Origin: an uncultured Verrucomicrobiae bacterium
GTDB taxonomy: Bacteria > Verrucomicrobiota > Verrucomicrobiia > Chthoniobacterales > UBA10450
NCBI GenBank assembly: GCA_963719605.1
Contig: CAVRCO010000007.1
Span: 42,844-106,843 of the forward strand
Reading direction: 5' to 3'
DNA length: 64,000 nt
The position numbers and the translations under genes were made by a program. Below, in pieces: positions 9,920-18,881 of the stretch (positions within the stretch are counted from its first letter, which is position 1; each line of letters starts with the position of its first letter). A model generated the notes under the pieces. The model did not search any database. It had not been told where the DNA came from and worked only from the letters and a program-made list of their open reading frames with translations.

Positions 9920-10783
9920 TTAACGGCACATCATTTCAGACAAGGCAGGCAGGATGCTTTTTTCCATCGCGTCGGCAAACGTAGGGTATTGGAGAGTCCA
10001 GCCCAGACTCCGCAGCTTCGCATTGCTCACACGCTTGTTGGTGTCGCCGCGTTTACGTTGCTCCGTTAATTCTCTAATGGGCGGCAATGGCCGATTCAGT
10101 CTCTGTGCCAACCAGCGGTAGCAGTCACTTTGCAGCATGGGTTGATTATCGACCACATTGTAAATCTGACGTTCGTGCCATTCCCCACTCACCAGGAGGA
10201 AAAGTGCGGACGCGATATCGTCGCGGTGCACTTGATTAACGAAGCGATCGTTTTTCGGATCGATGGTCGCTGTGCCAGCTAGAAATTTGCTCAGTAGCGC
10301 CGCCCTGCCCGGGCCGTAGATTCCGCTCAGACGCGCGACGGTACCGCCCCGGCGGAGCACTACCTTTTCCGTTTCCAGCAGGACTCGACCTGTCTCACGA
10401 GCGGGTTTAGTCTGGCTTTCTTCGGTCACCCATGAACCGTCGCGTTGCGCATAAACGCTGGTGCTACTCGTAAAGAGCATCTTTGTTCCAACGAATCGAT
10501 CGAGCAAATTGCGCGCGCCATTCAAATAGATTTGCCGGTACGATTCGAGTCCACCGCCTCGCGAACTCGCGCAATGAACGACACTATCGAATATTCCGGA
10601 GCGCTCTGCGACCTGATCGCGGTTTGAAATATCGACCTGGCAAATAGGATATGGCTTGGTTGATAGCGCCGCTGCTGATTTCCCAGAAGCGGTCCAGCCT
10701 TCCGCGTCCCAGCCTGCGGCATGGAATAAATCCGCAGTCGCTCGACCAACGTAACCGCAGCCGGCGATCAAGATTCGGGGCAT
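9920..10783 (-). CDS. NAD-dependent epimerase/dehydratase family (SDR) protein
   Basis: Start placed at ATG 10783 (MPRILIAGCGYVGRA, Rossmann GxGxxG). The longer ORF reaching 10837 adds only an Arg-rich leader. Confidence 0.75.
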   Translation of the reverse strand: MPRILIAGCGYVGRATADLFHAAGWDAEGWTASGKSAAALSTKPYPICQVDISNRDQVAERSGIFDSVVHCASSRGGGLESYRQIYLNGARNLLDRFVGTKMLFTSSTSVYAQRDGSWVTEESQTKPARETGRVLLETEKVVLRRGGTVARLSGIYGPGRAALLSKFLAGTATIDPKNDRFVNQVHRDDIASALFLLVSGEWHERQIYNVVDNQPMLQSDCYRWLAQRLNRPLPPIRELTEQRKRGDTNKRVSNAKLRSLGWTLQYPTFADAMEKSILPALSEMMCR

Positions 10784-10921
10784 GTTGCTGTAATCCCGAC
10801 AAAATCGGGACGTCTGGGCGTTCCTTGCGCGTTGCATCCGGCACGGCCGCGCCCGCCTTCGGTGAGCGCCGACATGGCAGGCGGCGGCGTGACTACAACC
10901 GCTCGCATAATCGCCAGCGCT

Positions 10922-11644
10922 TTACGCCGCTGCTGCGATTTCAATTTCTTCAAACATGTTTTTCTGGATGGCGCGGACCTGTTTGAGACGAATGAGCTCC
11001 AGGAGCGCGAGAAATGTCACCACGACTTCCACGCGCGACACAGGAGCCCCAAACAAGTCGGAAAAACGTAGCCGCGCATTATTTGCGACCCGTTGCAAAA
11101 TAATGTCAATCTTCTCCGAAACACTAAAACGTTCGGCGAAAATTTCCTGCACATCCTGTCGTGCTTCGATGCGTTTGATCACCGTCTGGAATGCATTGAT
11201 CAGCTGGAAAATTCCAACCTCCTCCAGGGGCAGCGGTCCTTGCAGGAGCGACGATGCGCTACCTTCTCGCGGAAAAATCCGCTCCTGTTCCAGCTGCCGC
11301 AGATGAAGTTCCGCTGCCGCTTCCTTGAACTTCTTGTACTCGATCAACTGCCGGATTAGATCCCAACGTGGATCATCTTCCTCGGCGTCTTCTTCAGGCG
11401 GCTGCTGATCAATCGGTAACAGGCTGCGGCTTTTTAGATAAATGAGGTTCGCTGCCATCACGATGAATTCGCCGGCAAGTTCGATATTCAATTCCTTGAA
11501 CGCTTGAAGATATTCGAGGTACTGACGAGTGATGCGTTCAAGTGAAATGTCGTAAATGTTGATCTCATCCTGCTTGATCAGGTAAAGCAGTAGATCGAGG
11601 GGCCCTTCGAAGACCTCCAGCCTGACCTTATAATCGGCTTCCAT
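10922..11644 (-). CDS. scpA: segregation and condensation protein A
   Basis: N-terminus YKVRLEVFEGPLDLLLYLIKQDEINIYDISLERITRQYLEYL is the canonical ScpA signature. Confidence 0.85.
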   Translation of the reverse strand: MEADYKVRLEVFEGPLDLLLYLIKQDEINIYDISLERITRQYLEYLQAFKELNIELAGEFIVMAANLIYLKSRSLLPIDQQPPEEDAEEDDPRWDLIRQLIEYKKFKEAAAELHLRQLEQERIFPREGSASSLLQGPLPLEEVGIFQLINAFQTVIKRIEARQDVQEIFAERFSVSEKIDIILQRVANNARLRFSDLFGAPVSRVEVVVTFLALLELIRLKQVRAIQKNMFEEIEIAAAA

Positions 11645-11744
11645 GTGTCGCGCCCGAGTTTAGGCAACGGCAGGTTAAAGTAAATCGCGCGGCCCAAGCC
11701 AGTCACGAAAGCGCCGCGCGCGGCAGTCGCATGCTACCACTTGA

Positions 11745-12857
11745 TCACGCGGGAATTTTTCGATGGATCCAAACGCTGTTCACAAGGCCAAGACCAAACA
11801 TGATCATGAGCACAAAAGAGCCGCTGTAACTAATCAATGGCAACGGCACACCCGTGATGGGGAGCAGAGCAATCGTCATCCCCATGTTTTGGAAGATATG
11901 CGTGAAGATGAGCGCCGTGATCCCGATAACCAGAAGGAGTCCCAATTGATCGCCAGCGAAGAAAGCAACAAAGAGACACGTCATCAGAAGTAAGGAGAAT
12001 CCGCCAATAAGAAACATTCCTCCAATAAATCCCCATTGCTCGCCGATAGCGGAGAAAATGTAGTCGTTGTGCACGGCAGTGGCAGGAAGGAATCCGAGCT
12101 CGATCTGCGTGTTTGGCGCCTTGAAGCCTTTACCCGACCAACCGCCTGAGCCGATGGCGATGAGAGATTGGTTGATCGCCCACGCGGAGCCTTGCTTGTC
12201 GACATCCGGATGTGTAAACGCGGTGATCCGCTGTTGCTGATACGGTTTTAGACCGAAATTGATAGCGATGGGGATAAAGGCGACCCCTATGAGAATCACG
12301 CAAATCAGGTATCGCAGCGGCAGACCACCAACGAACAACAGCGCCAGGAGCACTGGCACCCAAATGATAACCTCACCCAGATCAGGTTGCATCAGGATGA
12401 GCAAACATGGCGCCGCGGCGATCGCTCCGCAGAGCAGTAACCGTAGCATTGGATGCATTTCGCGAAATTGTGTCAGGAACAGCGCCAAAACCATGATTCC
12501 TGCGATAACCGCAAGCTGTGCTGGCTGAAAATTCACCGGACCCAAATGCAGCCAGCTGCGCGCCCCGTAAACCTTCGTGCCGATAAACTTCGTCAGGATT
12601 AAGAAGACAATACCAGCCAGATACATCGGCAGCGCACCCCAGCGAATCCAGCGGTAATGAATCAAACTCGTTATCATGAAAGCAAAGACGCCCACGACCA
12701 GCCAGTTTGCCTGCTTTCGCCAGAAATCCGCTGCATACGCGTCTGCGCGCGTGGAAGTGGCACTGTAAATCGCCACGACCCCAAAGACGGCGAGAGCGAG
12801 CATAGTTAGCAGCAGAAGCCAGTTTTGCCCCAGCAATTTTCGAAGAAACGGCGTCAT
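11745..12857 (-). CDS. rodA: FtsW/RodA/SpoVE family peptidoglycan glycosyltransferase (RodA-like, not in a dcw cluster)
   Basis: 370 aa with about 10 TM helices. SEDS motifs present: QPAQLAVIAGIMVLA, HNDYIFSAIGEQWGFIGG, GVPLPLISYSGS. Confidence 0.8.
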   Translation of the reverse strand: MTPFLRKLLGQNWLLLLTMLALAVFGVVAIYSATSTRADAYAADFWRKQANWLVVGVFAFMITSLIHYRWIRWGALPMYLAGIVFLILTKFIGTKVYGARSWLHLGPVNFQPAQLAVIAGIMVLALFLTQFREMHPMLRLLLCGAIAAAPCLLILMQPDLGEVIIWVPVLLALLFVGGLPLRYLICVILIGVAFIPIAINFGLKPYQQQRITAFTHPDVDKQGSAWAINQSLIAIGSGGWSGKGFKAPNTQIELGFLPATAVHNDYIFSAIGEQWGFIGGMFLIGGFSLLLMTCLFVAFFAGDQLGLLLVIGITALIFTHIFQNMGMTIALLPITGVPLPLISYSGSFVLMIMFGLGLVNSVWIHRKIPA

Positions 12858-13241
12858 CCGATTTAAACTCGATTAAATCTCCCGCATATCCGCGGGACGT
12901 GAGGACAATTATACGCGCATTGCAATCTTCGCAAAAAATGCTGTGCAGCTTTTTCTATCTTTACTGTTCCTAACCTGAACCTGGACAGTTTCTGGATTCG
13001 ATTGGGATTGTGGCAAGATCGGAGCCGGAGCAGTCAAACAGCGGACGGTTTTTCTGGTAAAGGCCAGACAATGTGGAGATTACATTGGCCAGGTTGTTAG
13101 CTTTAAAAGTCATTCGCATAACCAATTGATTATCAGTTTGTTAAGAATTTTTCTGGTAAATATTTGCACTTCACTTGTCTCTATATTTGAAGCCCACTAA
13201 ACTACTCTCCACCTTGTTCGTTTTCGGGAGGGGGAAAGCAA

Positions 13242-13712
13242 ATGGCCAAGAGCAGAAAGACAAAGAAAAAGACAAAACGAAAGCTGGCGCACCCTAAACT
13301 GCCGATGCAAGGGCAGTTGAATTTGCTTCAGGAGGGGACGCATTTCGACCTGCGCCCGATGTTCGACAACTTGAACAAGAGATACTTTCGCGGCCGCCTT
13401 CGTGGTTACAAAGTGATGTGGGGTCGCCGGCGAAAGCATCGCCCCAAGGAATATTTCATCTTTGGCACAATTCAGGAGCAGGACCGCGTTATTCGAATCA
13501 ATCGGGCACTGGACCAGCCATTCGTGCCGGCCTGGTTTCTTCGGTACGTGCTTTATCACGAGATGCTGCACTCGGTGGTTCCCGACGAAGTACTCTCACA
13601 AGGTCGCCGGCGGGTTCACACGGAGGCATTTAACCGCCGTGAGCGCCAATTTCCAGGTTACCGACGCGCCCGGCGCTGGGAAGAAGAGAATCTGTCGCGT
13701 TTTTTGCGCTAG
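13242..13712 (+). CDS. SprT-like zinc metalloprotease domain protein
   Basis: Basic N-terminus, then YFRGRL...VMWGRRRK and an HExxH motif (YHEMLHSV), as in the SprT/DUF45-type fold. Confidence 0.55.
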   Translation: MAKSRKTKKKTKRKLAHPKLPMQGQLNLLQEGTHFDLRPMFDNLNKRYFRGRLRGYKVMWGRRRKHRPKEYFIFGTIQEQDRVIRINRALDQPFVPAWFLRYVLYHEMLHSVVPDEVLSQGRRRVHTEAFNRRERQFPGYRRARRWEEENLSRFLR

Positions 13713-13720
13713 ATACCTCG

Positions 13721-13870
13721 TCAGCGCGTTTCGGTGATGCGCCCCGGAGACGGCCTCTCAGACGGCGAGGGCGTCGTCGCTACGTTCTTTTTGATCAGGA
13801 ACCAAAGCGTTGTCGCGAGCAGGAGAGAGATCAACTTCGCGCGCCAGTTTTTCAGAATTAGTCTCTTCAT
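13721..13870 (-). CDS. 49-aa ORF resembling only the N-terminal membrane anchor of CdaR/YbbR (possible remnant)
   Basis: MKRLILKNWRAKLISLLLATTLWFLIKKNV... starts at ATG 13870 inside the 3' tail of cdaA, in another frame. It stops at 13721, just before the convergent SprT-like gene. Confidence 0.3.
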   Translation of the reverse strand: MKRLILKNWRAKLISLLLATTLWFLIKKNVATTPSPSERPSPGRITETR

Positions 13871-14633
13871 ATTTGCTGTGCAATAAAATCTCCGCGATAC
13901 GTTGGCGAAAAGTCTCCGGAGTGAAATTGCGCTCAATTCGACGCCGGTGACAAATGGAAATACTGCCCGTCTCTTCGGAGACGACTACCGCCACTGCATC
14001 CGATTCCTCAGTAATCCCAAGCCCAGCGCGATGACGTAATCCCAGACTGCGATCAAGCGTTTCACGCTGGCTCACTGGAAAAATACAAGCCGCGGCCGCG
14101 ATTCGTCCGTTGCGAATAATTACTCCGCCATCGTGCAGTGCGGCCTTTGGATGAAAGATGGTCAGGATGAGCTCGACGGAAAAATCTCCGTCGATCGTGA
14201 CGCCCGTTTCCTCGTAAACGCGAATCGACGTATCGCGCTCGATCGCGATAAGCGCGCCAAATTGCTTATTTGCCAACTGCATGACTGCCTCGGCCAGATC
14301 GTGAACAGTTTCCCGCTTCTCGCTTGTCAGCGAGAAAATGGGGTGACCGCCAAGAGCGGCCAGCCCGCGTCTTAGCTCCGGCTGGAAAATCACCACCAGC
14401 GCGACTGCGAGGAAAACCGAGAAGCTTCGTACGATCCAGCCGATTACAACCAAATTGAGCAGCGTCGAAATAAGAGTTAGCGTCAAAAAGACGATCGCCA
14501 GCCCAGTGAGCACTTTCGCGCCGCGCGTTCCCCGGAAATAAAGGTAACCGTAATAAATCGCCACGGTCAGCAGAAGGATTTCAAACAGACTGCGCCATCC
14601 TCGGAACCAGAGATCGATGAGCTGATGAATCAT
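13758..14633 (-). CDS. cdaA: diadenylate cyclase CdaA (DisA_N domain)
   Basis: Three N-terminal TM helices. DAC motifs present: GALIAIERD, HDGGVIIRNGRI, GLRHRAGLGITEESDAVAVVVSEETGSISI. Overlaps the folP stop by 4 nt. Confidence 0.9.
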   Translation of the reverse strand: MIHQLIDLWFRGWRSLFEILLLTVAIYYGYLYFRGTRGAKVLTGLAIVFLTLTLISTLLNLVVIGWIVRSFSVFLAVALVVIFQPELRRGLAALGGHPIFSLTSEKRETVHDLAEAVMQLANKQFGALIAIERDTSIRVYEETGVTIDGDFSVELILTIFHPKAALHDGGVIIRNGRIAAAACIFPVSQRETLDRSLGLRHRAGLGITEESDAVAVVVSEETGSISICHRRRIERNFTPETFRQRIAEILLHSKYEETNSEKLAREVDLSPARDNALVPDQKERSDDALAV

Positions 14634-15499
14634 TTTGCCCTCTGAAGAATTGCTTCCGTCACCTTTAAGGCATTTACGTTTTCCTTGACATCATGAACGC
14701 GAAGCACGTCTGCACCGCGCATGCGCAGGAGCGAAGTCAACGCCACCGCAGGCGCCAACCGATCGCTGATCTGCGCTGAATTAATCAGCTTACCCAGAAA
14801 AGATTTTCGGGAAACGCCAATCACGATTGGTCGATCACACGCGCGGAGCCGCTCAAGCTGCGCGAGCAACTCGAGATTGTGCTCAAGCGTTTTGCCGAAA
14901 CCAATGCCCGGATCAAACGCAATCGCCATGGGGTCAATATTATAAACTATGGCGCGTGCATATTGTTGTCGAAAAAAATCAAAAACTTCTGAGACAACGT
15001 TCGTGTATTGCGGCGAGATCTGCATCGTCTGCGGGGTTCCCTGCATATGCATGATAATGAAAGCCGATTTGCTTTCGGCTATCAGCGGCATCATTTTCTC
15101 GTCGCCGCGCCCTCCAGTAACATCGTTCACAATCGAAGCTCCCGCTCGAATCGCTGCGCGCGCAACCTCGGCCTTCGACGTATCAATCGAAATAATGACT
15201 TCACTCTTTCTGCGCAATTGTTCGATCACCGGAATTGCACGGCGCAATTCTTCTTCCGGCGCCACAGGTTCGGCGCGCGGTCGCGTCGATTCGCCGCCCA
15301 CATCGACGATGTGCGCACCTTCCGCGGCCATCCTGAGACCGTGCTCCACGGCATTTTCCGCGCCGAAAAAATCTCCGCCGTCGGAAAACGAATCCGGAGT
15401 GACATTCAATACACCCATGATCAGCCCCTGCTGCGAGAGATCGAAGATGCGCTCGCCGATTTTCCAAAGTCTCCCACGCATCATGGGTGAGACTAACAC
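14630..15499 (-). CDS. folP: dihydropteroate synthase
   Basis: Motifs GVLNVTPDSFSDGG and DVGGESTRP. GTG at 15499 or ATG at 15484 are possible starts. Confidence 0.9.
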   Translation of the reverse strand: MLVSPMMRGRLWKIGERIFDLSQQGLIMGVLNVTPDSFSDGGDFFGAENAVEHGLRMAAEGAHIVDVGGESTRPRAEPVAPEEELRRAIPVIEQLRRKSEVIISIDTSKAEVARAAIRAGASIVNDVTGGRGDEKMMPLIAESKSAFIIMHMQGTPQTMQISPQYTNVVSEVFDFFRQQYARAIVYNIDPMAIAFDPGIGFGKTLEHNLELLAQLERLRACDRPIVIGVSRKSFLGKLINSAQISDRLAPAVALTSLLRMRGADVLRVHDVKENVNALKVTEAILQRAK

Positions 15500-15603
15500 C
15501 GGACGCCGATTATTCGAAAACTGAAGTCGTTTGTTCTGCGAAGCGCAGGGCTGATGGGAGGGAAATCGCTCGGGTCACGCCGCCCAGAGGTCGGCGGTTG
15601 CAG

Positions 15604-16119
15604 TTATTTTTTTCGTGAGTAGCGCCCCATCAGTTCCCCTTGCGCAACAACGTGCCCTTTCATTGCCACATCCAGCTGACTCCGCTTGGTACCAGGAGGC
15701 AAGTCCAGCTCGCGATCGAGCGCAAAAATCTTAAAGTAATAGCGATGCGTCCCAGAAGGTGGACACGGTCCGCCGTAACCGGATTTACCGAAGTCATTTG
15801 TTCCGTGGATGCCCTTGGGCGTGCTTGCCTCGGCGATCGCGCTGGTCTGCGGAGACATGTTCCAAACCATCCAATGCGTAAAGAGTCCGCCCGGCGCATC
15901 CGGGTCATCTACAACCAAGGCCAGGCTTTTCGCGCCGGAAGGAACCTCTGCAATCTGCAAGGGCGGAGTGGTGTCGCCGCCGTCACACGTGAATTTTGAT
16001 GGAATATTCCCACCTTCTTGAAAAGCAGAACTTGTGATCTTCATCTTTGCTCCTCCTGAAGCAAATGAGACAATTGCCAGGGCGACTGCCAACGTGGCGG
16101 CAACAATCACTTTTGGCAT
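15604..16119 (-). CDS. YbhB/YbcL family Raf-kinase-inhibitor-like (PEBP) protein, secreted
   Basis: Signal peptide MPKVIVAATLAVALAIVSFA. PEBP motifs present: DDPDAPGG.FTHW and GYGGPCPPSGTHRYYFKIFALD. Confidence 0.85.
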   Translation of the reverse strand: MPKVIVAATLAVALAIVSFASGGAKMKITSSAFQEGGNIPSKFTCDGGDTTPPLQIAEVPSGAKSLALVVDDPDAPGGLFTHWMVWNMSPQTSAIAEASTPKGIHGTNDFGKSGYGGPCPPSGTHRYYFKIFALDRELDLPPGTKRSQLDVAMKGHVVAQGELMGRYSRKK

Positions 16120-16180
16120 GATTCGACCTCGGATTGAAATCGCGTTAAATCGACAAACCTGGCGCTATTGTTTCGCTTAG

Positions 16181-16783
16181 ATGGCTTTGAACGGACGTAA
16201 CATTCACGAACAAATTTTGGGTCTGCTGAGGCGGAAAGATTACCGGCCGCTCAACAGGATCGACATTGCCCGCAAGCTCGGATTGACAGGGGCCGAAGGA
16301 GTAGCGTTGCGGAAAAGCTTGCGCGAGCTCGAGCGCGCGGGCGAGATCGCGCGCATCCGGAAGAACCGCTACGTTTTGCCGGCCGAGGCTGACCTGGTAA
16401 CCGGCAAGCTGTCAATTCATCAAGCCGGGTACGGTTTTCTCACGTCAGAAATGTCGGGGCAGCCTGATGTTTTCATCGCAGCGGAAAACACCGGAACAGC
16501 CATGCATGGCGACCGTGTGGTCGCGCGCATGTCGCGGGATGAACCTTACGGACGAATCAAAGGGCGGCGCGAGGGGCGCGTGATTCGGATCCTGGAGCGC
16601 GCTCACGATACGATTGTCGGAACTCTCCAACGTTCGCGGAACTTTTATTACGTGATCCCGGACGATCCGCGCATCGTGCACGACGTTTATGTGGGGCAAG
16701 TTCCTAATTCGCCGCAGGACAAATCCGCCACGAGTGGACTTGCCTTTGGCAACTTCCAAAGTTGCGCCACAGGTTGGCGATAA
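16181..16783 (+). CDS. rnr: ribonuclease R, N-terminal part (gene split by a frameshift)
   Basis: RNase R N-terminal wHTH/CSD region: ILGLLRRKDYRPLNRIDIARKL ... GKLSIHQAGYGFL ... FYYVIPDDPRIVHDVYV. The frame then degenerates and stops at 16783. Confidence 0.75.
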   Translation: MALNGRNIHEQILGLLRRKDYRPLNRIDIARKLGLTGAEGVALRKSLRELERAGEIARIRKNRYVLPAEADLVTGKLSIHQAGYGFLTSEMSGQPDVFIAAENTGTAMHGDRVVARMSRDEPYGRIKGRREGRVIRILERAHDTIVGTLQRSRNFYYVIPDDPRIVHDVYVGQVPNSPQDKSATSGLAFGNFQSCATGWR

Positions 16784-18440
16784 AGTTGTAGTTCGCCTGG
16801 AAGCCTGGGAATCGCGCCACGTTAATCCCGAAGGTGAAATCATCGAAGTGCTTGGCCCGGCTTCGGCTCCGGGCATCGACATGCTGTCGATCATCCGGAA
16901 ATATCATCTGCCAACGGAATTTCCCAGGGATGTTTTGGAGCAGGCGAAGGGAATTCCCGAGACAATTGATGCTCGACAGCTCGAGGGACGCGAAGATTTG
17001 CGCGGAGAATTCATTGTCACCATCGATCCAGATGACGCGCGCGATTTCGACGATGCAATTCACGTTGAGAGGATGGCTAGCGGTTGGCGCCTCGGAGTAC
17101 ACATTGCTGATGTCGCCGCATACGTGGAGCCGGACAGCCCGTTGGATCGAGAAGCGCGCCGGCGCGGAAACAGCGTTTACCTCCCGGACCGTGTGATACC
17201 GATGTTGCCGGAGCGATTGAGCAACGGCGTCTGCAGTCTCAATCCCGGTGTCGATCGGTTCACACATTCTGTAATCATTCATTTCGACAAACACGGGACT
17301 GCAAAAAGCGCGCGCTTTGCGCGCAGCGTAATTCGAAGCGCGCACCGGCTTACGTACAAACAGGCTTACGCGATTTTGACCGCGGCCCCCAGCGATCAGT
17401 TGAGCGAACGGCTGCACCTTGCGTGGCAACTAGCTACGCTATTGCGGCAGCGGCGATTCGAGCATGGCGCCCTGGACCTCGATTTCCCGGAGGTAAAAGT
17501 CTGGGTCGATAAAGAGGGGCATCCGGTAAAATTGGAGCGTGTCGAGAATGATAAATCACACCAGTTGATCGAAGAATTCATGCTGGTCGCAAACGAGGCG
17601 GTCGCGCGCGAGCTTAAAAAACGCGCGATTCCGACCATCTATCGAATCCATGAAAATCCAGACCCAGAAAAACTGGCAGAGTATCGCGAATTCGTGCTCG
17701 GTTTTAATTACACGGTTGGCGATGTGACTCATCGCGCAGAGCTGCAGCGATTGCTGGCGGCAATCCGTGGAAAACCGGAGGAGCAAGCACTCAAGGTCGC
17801 GTTACTTAAAAGTTTGAAACGCGCCCGTTACTCTCCGCAGCCGCTCGGCCATTACGGGTTGGCCAAGGCAAATTACTTGCATTTCACCAGTCCCATTCGG
17901 CGCTACGCCGATTTGGTTGTGCATCGTGCGTTGGGTAAGCGCCCCGCAGGCGCGGGAGGCCGTCCGGCGCGCTCGGCGAGCGCGCCCTACCATCCAGACA
18001 TGGCCGAGATCGCTTCGATTGCAGAGCACATTTCAGTTACTGAACGAACCGCTGCCGACGCGGAGGTTGACGCCATTCAGACGAAGAAGCTCGAGTTTTT
18101 TCAACGACAGCTCGATGCGCGCAATCCTCAGATTTTTCGCGCCAGCATTATTGATGTCCGCAACTATGGATTGATGGTCGAACTGCCGGATGCTCTTGTG
18201 ACCGGTTTGGTCCACGTTTCCTCGTTAACGGATGATTTTTATTTGTTTGATTCGACCCGGCGGCAACTTATCGGGAGACGGTCGCGCAAACGTTTTAGTG
18301 TAGGCGACGAGTTATCCGTGTTTGTTGTCCGCGTTGACGCTTTCAAGCGACAAGTGGATTTCGCAATTGCGCTCGCGTCTGCAGAGCCTAAAGGGACTCG
18401 TCGCACCAGAAGATCATCCGGCATCGTTCGTCACGCTTGA
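16689..18440 (+). CDS. rnr: ribonuclease R, RNB catalytic and S1 domains (continuation in the +1 frame)
   Basis: Motifs GDKVVVRLEAWESRHVNPEGEIIEVLG, TIDPDDARDFDDAI, VYLPDRVIPMLPERLSNGVCSLNP, HFTSPIRRYADLVVHR, and a C-terminal S1 domain. Confidence 0.85.
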   Translation: MWGKFLIRRRTNPPRVDLPLATSKVAPQVGDKVVVRLEAWESRHVNPEGEIIEVLGPASAPGIDMLSIIRKYHLPTEFPRDVLEQAKGIPETIDARQLEGREDLRGEFIVTIDPDDARDFDDAIHVERMASGWRLGVHIADVAAYVEPDSPLDREARRRGNSVYLPDRVIPMLPERLSNGVCSLNPGVDRFTHSVIIHFDKHGTAKSARFARSVIRSAHRLTYKQAYAILTAAPSDQLSERLHLAWQLATLLRQRRFEHGALDLDFPEVKVWVDKEGHPVKLERVENDKSHQLIEEFMLVANEAVARELKKRAIPTIYRIHENPDPEKLAEYREFVLGFNYTVGDVTHRAELQRLLAAIRGKPEEQALKVALLKSLKRARYSPQPLGHYGLAKANYLHFTSPIRRYADLVVHRALGKRPAGAGGRPARSASAPYHPDMAEIASIAEHISVTERTAADAEVDAIQTKKLEFFQRQLDARNPQIFRASIIDVRNYGLMVELPDALVTGLVHVSSLTDDFYLFDSTRRQLIGRRSRKRFSVGDELSVFVVRVDAFKRQVDFAIALASAEPKGTRRTRRSSGIVRHA

Positions 18441-18610
18441 GATTCCTACCTTGCGCCCAAGTCGAGCATGCGTCGCCCCATTCACGCGCGAACGTAGTTG
18501 AAAGGTCATGGCCTCAAGTCTTGTAAAACTTACCTGATTTTTCGGTTGTAACCGTTTTTTAGGGGGCACTTCCCGACTTTCTTCAACGTGATCCTGAGTT
18601 TACTTGAATC

Positions 18611-18841
18611 GTGGCGGACAAACTGGTCAAGCAGCCGGAGAACGTCCCCGGGGAATGGTATGTGGATACCAGCTGCGCGTTGTGTCGTCTCTGTCTCGAA
18701 GAAGCGTCGAATCTCATCACCTACAACCCCGACGAGACCGGCGTAATCTTCTTCAAGCAACCGGAAACGTCGGAAGAGATAAATGCTGCTCAACGCGCCA
18801 TGGATGTCTGCCCCACGCTCGCGATAGGCAACGACGGATGA
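18611..18841 (+). CDS. small single-cluster ferredoxin
   Basis: 76 aa with a GTG start. Cys pattern CALCRLC ... CP (Cx2Cx2C...CP) is typical of [4Fe-4S]/[3Fe-4S] ferredoxins. Confidence 0.7.
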   Translation: MADKLVKQPENVPGEWYVDTSCALCRLCLEEASNLITYNPDETGVIFFKQPETSEEINAAQRAMDVCPTLAIGNDG

Positions 18842-18881
18842 ATATTTGCGGCGACCGAAGATTGCCGCTACAAACCCTGTT

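Noticed and set aside
12858-13241. Hidden housekeeping RNA (tmRNA, RNase P, SRP or 6S RNA) in the long AT-rich gap
   Set aside because: I could not find the conserved cores I know for these RNAs (for example GAGGAAAGTCC for RNase P, or a tRNA-like TTCGAATCC...CCA end for tmRNA). The region is AT-rich and poorly structured apart from one short hairpin.
16704-17429. 241-aa ORF on the minus strand inside rnr
   Set aside because: It is completely antisense to the strongly conserved RNB domain. Its Arg/Ala-rich composition is typical of the reverse frame of GC-rich coding DNA, and no motif is recognisable.
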